Positions 61,900 to 64,000 of a DNA stretch of 64,000 bases are shown in pieces. Both the position numbers and the translations under genes were made by a program. The stretch is from assembly GCA_031400775.1 (NCBI GenBank), contig JANNQN010000289.1, positions 108 to 64,107 on the forward strand. Reading direction: 5' to 3'. The notes beneath the pieces were generated by a model. The model did not search any database and was not told the DNA's origin. It was given only the letters and a program-made list of their open reading frames with translations. This DNA comes from Planctomycetia bacterium. GTDB taxonomy: Bacteria > Planctomycetota > Planctomycetia > Pirellulales > PALSA-1355. How positions within the stretch are numbered: position 1 is the first letter of the stretch; each line of letters begins with the position of its first letter.

Positions 61900-62775
61900 C
61901 TATTGCCGCGTGCTGACAAAAGCAATCTGCTTGCCGTCGGGCGAATAGGCGGGATGCCAACACTTGCCCTCTTGATCGGGAAACATCCGGCCCGGCGAGT
62001 CTCCCTCGACGTCGACGAAGCGCAGCAAGAAACCGTCGCTAAAGATCAGTCGCTTGCCGTCGGGCGAGAACGAGATGACGCCCCCCATTTCCCCTTTCAG
62101 GCGGATCCGCATGCCCTGCTTGGAACCCTGGGCGCTGACGAAGCGAATTTGCCGCTTCTCGCCCTCGGTTGGCCGCACGACGACGGCCAATTGCTTGGAG
62201 TCCGCCGACCAGCACATGCCGATAAACACTTCCTGGAACTGTTCGTCGAAAGCGGCCGTTTCACCGCCATTAACCAGATCGATTAATTGCACGCCGCGAC
62301 GATCCGAAATCGCCAATAGCGACCCGTCGGGCGACCAGCGCGGAGAAAATCCGTGAGTGACGATCTCGCGACCTTGGCCGTCGAGGTTCTGCACGCAGAT
62401 ATTCGGCACGTTTGCGCCGGGCGGTTCCTGGTAGACGAGTTGCTTGTCGTCCGGCGACCAGTCGGGCAAGGTGCCGGCCGCGATCTCTCGCAGCTCGCTG
62501 CCGTCGGTTCGGACGACAAACACGCGCCGTCCACCGCCGCCAGTGCGGGCGGCGTAAAAGGTCAACCACTTGCCATCGTGCGACCAACGCGGACCCGAAT
62601 GGTCGTAGCAGCCCTCGACCTGAATGACCTTGCGCACGTCGCTGCCGTCGGCCTGCATCGTGAAGAGGGCGTTTTGCGTTTCCTGAGCGGGGGCGACATC
62701 CGCCACCCAAGCACCGTGGACGATCGACAGGGCAAAGACCACTGCGATCGGCACTCGCCGCGAAGAGATCATCAT
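61900..62775 (-). CDS. secreted TolB/PD40-like beta-propeller protein (paralog family member)
   Basis: Track ORF 61900..63696 is trimmed to ATG 62775 (MMISSRRVPIAVVFALSIVHGAWVA signal). The upstream 300 codons are Arg-rich out-of-frame overlap with the real gene 62784..63689. Confidence 0.8.
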   Translation of the reverse strand: MMISSRRVPIAVVFALSIVHGAWVADVAPAQETQNALFTMQADGSDVRKVIQVEGCYDHSGPRWSHDGKWLTFYAARTGGGGRRVFVVRTDGSELREIAAGTLPDWSPDDKQLVYQEPPGANVPNICVQNLDGQGREIVTHGFSPRWSPDGSLLAISDRRGVQLIDLVNGGETAAFDEQFQEVFIGMCWSADSKQLAVVVRPTEGEKRQIRFVSAQGSKQGMRIRLKGEMGGVISFSPDGKRLIFSDGFLLRFVDVEGDSPGRMFPDQEGKCWHPAYSPDGKQIAFVSTRQ

Positions 62776-62783
62776 GCGGCGTC

Positions 62784-63689
62784 CTATTTGACGGCTGCCT
62801 CCAACTCGGTGCGCTCCAGGCTGGCCACGTTGTTGCTCTTGTCGGACTCGACAATCGAGTTGTCCAGATCCACCACCACCAACAACTGGTCGAATGCCAC
62901 CGGCTCGACGGAGGAGGTGCTGACGAAGCGGACCGCCGACAGCGGCAGCCGCAACGTCACTTCGCTGACTCCACCCGCCGGAAGACTGGCGATTTCCGTC
63001 ACCACTTGCGGCGCGTCGTCGCTCAATTTGCCGTCGCGCTCGGCGAAGGCGCCGATGCGGAACTTGCCCGCGGCTCGCGCGCCGAGATTTCGCAGCTTCA
63101 TGCGATACACGGGGCCGGCCGTCTCGGTGGCCGGTTCGATATACTTGACATCCTCCAACACCAGGTCGACGTCGCCTGCCGTAGCGGCTACTGCACCTGC
63201 TACCGTCGCGCCTGCGACCGCGCCGGCAACTGCCGGTCGGGGCGCGGGCGCCTTGACCGGTTGATCGGCGACCGGCTGGCTGGGCCCGGGCGGAGTGAAC
63301 GGTTTTCCGGCCGTCGCCGATTGGGGCGGCGTCTGCTGAGCGGGTGCAGCAGCGGGAGTGCGTCCCATGCTGGTCCAGTTTCCGTTCGTGCCCTCGCCGT
63401 ATTTTTCCAGAATCCTGGACTTCGGCACAGCGGGCTGTTGCGACGACGAGTTTCCGTTCTTGCCCGCCAGCCCGCGCTTGACCGGACCATTGCTGTCCGA
63501 TGATCGATTTCCCAACGTGCGTTGACCGGAGCCATTCCCTTGGCGCGAACCAATCGCGCGTTGCAAGACCGAGCGGCCTCCGCCGCCGCCACGAAGCTGG
63601 TAGGCGCTGCAATAGGCTGGCTGGACTACGAGGCCCAGCAGGACCGCCGCGATGATTTTGTTGCGCAGGTTGCCAACGAGAGCCGACAT
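62784..63689 (-). CDS. secreted hypothetical protein with low-complexity N-region and CARDB-like C-terminal domain
   Basis: Starts at ATG 63689 (MSALVGNLRNKIIAAVLLGLVV). C-terminal beta-sandwich-like region ends ...LLVVVDLDNSIVESDKSNNVASL, which is reminiscent of CARDB. Stops 8 nt before the PD40 gene start. Confidence 0.65.
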   Translation of the reverse strand: MSALVGNLRNKIIAAVLLGLVVQPAYCSAYQLRGGGGGRSVLQRAIGSRQGNGSGQRTLGNRSSDSNGPVKRGLAGKNGNSSSQQPAVPKSRILEKYGEGTNGNWTSMGRTPAAAPAQQTPPQSATAGKPFTPPGPSQPVADQPVKAPAPRPAVAGAVAGATVAGAVAATAGDVDLVLEDVKYIEPATETAGPVYRMKLRNLGARAAGKFRIGAFAERDGKLSDDAPQVVTEIASLPAGGVSEVTLRLPLSAVRFVSTSSVEPVAFDQLLVVVDLDNSIVESDKSNNVASLERTELEAAVK

Positions 63690-63929
63690 GCCACACACTC
63701 GCTTTCTCGATTGGAAGGTTCAGTAACGTGCCGACGCCGCCTGCTTCCCGTTATTTTAGGCGTACCGGGCGCGAATCCGTTACTGACGCGGCGAAATTTT
63801 CCGAAAAGCCCCCGGCCGATGCTGGGCAGTTCAAGTATACCGCGTTATTCCGGAGTCGCGACAAGTTATTCCGACAAAACGGCTTGCGCCGTGGCAGCTC
63901 CTCCGCGTCGAGCGTCGGCGGCGACTCAC

Positions 63930-63953
63930 GGAGACTTCAAGGAGACTTAGAGG
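63930..63953. repeat. two tandem 11-mers GGAGACTTCAA-GGAGACTTAGA(-GG)
   Basis: Direct reading of 63930..63953 in the terminal intergenic stretch. It is preceded by CTCAC, so CACGGAGAC echoes the 13709/18625 element. Confidence 0.6.
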
Positions 63954-64000
63954 CTATCCGGATACTGGCATTGCCATAAATCGGGGATTCATCGAGATTT

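Noticed and set aside
61900-63696. 598-aa ORF suggesting one long gene
   Set aside because: Only the last 291 codons (from ATG 62775) look like protein (signal peptide + PD40 repeats). The upstream ~300 codons are Arg-rich and overlap, out of frame, the credible CARDB-like gene 62784..63689.

Overview
64-kb high-GC bacterial chromosomal segment; hand counts on sample stretches give G+C in the low-to-mid 60s percent. It looks planctomycetal: two PSCyt/DUF1549/DUF1553 giants, a DUF1501 partner, a cytochrome-c/WD40 fusion, DUF1080, and many secreted PD40/WD40/TPR proteins. About 50 densely packed protein genes mix housekeeping functions (folD, hisG-hisI, sulfite reductase, YgiQ radical SAM, RNA methyltransferases, glucan phosphorylase, RidA) with LPS-type glycosyltransferases, an ECF sigma/anti-sigma pair and a two-component system. 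I found no rRNA, tRNA, CRISPR array, transposase, integrase or phage genes. Most noteworthy: (1) Two otherwise intact, conserved genes each carry exactly one in-frame stop at a conserved residue. One is a TGA where I recall homologues having Cys, in a 1117-codon DUF2126 transglutaminase, with a hairpin just downstream (selenocysteine candidate versus fresh pseudogene). The other is a TAG three codons before the third cluster cysteine of a thioredoxin-like [2Fe-2S] ferredoxin. (2) A set of intergenic short-period repeat/hairpin elements with unit lengths of 7, 8, 9, 10 and 11 nt sits mostly at gene 3' ends and convergent junctions. (3) An anti-sigma factor has an extracytoplasmic tail ending in two CXXCH motifs. 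(4) A modestly lower-GC orphan gene encodes an Ig-like plus papain-fold (Cys-His-Asp) protein directly upstream of a double beta-propeller gene. (5) A perfect 10-4-10 palindrome abuts a near-consensus promoter in front of sulfite reductase. (6) An uncharacterised ATP-grasp/alpha-E + transglutaminase module is present. No single locus stands out as a clearly novel multi-gene system; these are the best leads. The ORF track omits edge-truncated ORFs (the 730-codon gene at 1..2190 was found by manual translation) and contains many long antisense shadow ORFs typical of high-GC DNA. All family assignments come from motif recognition by eye, not from database searches.
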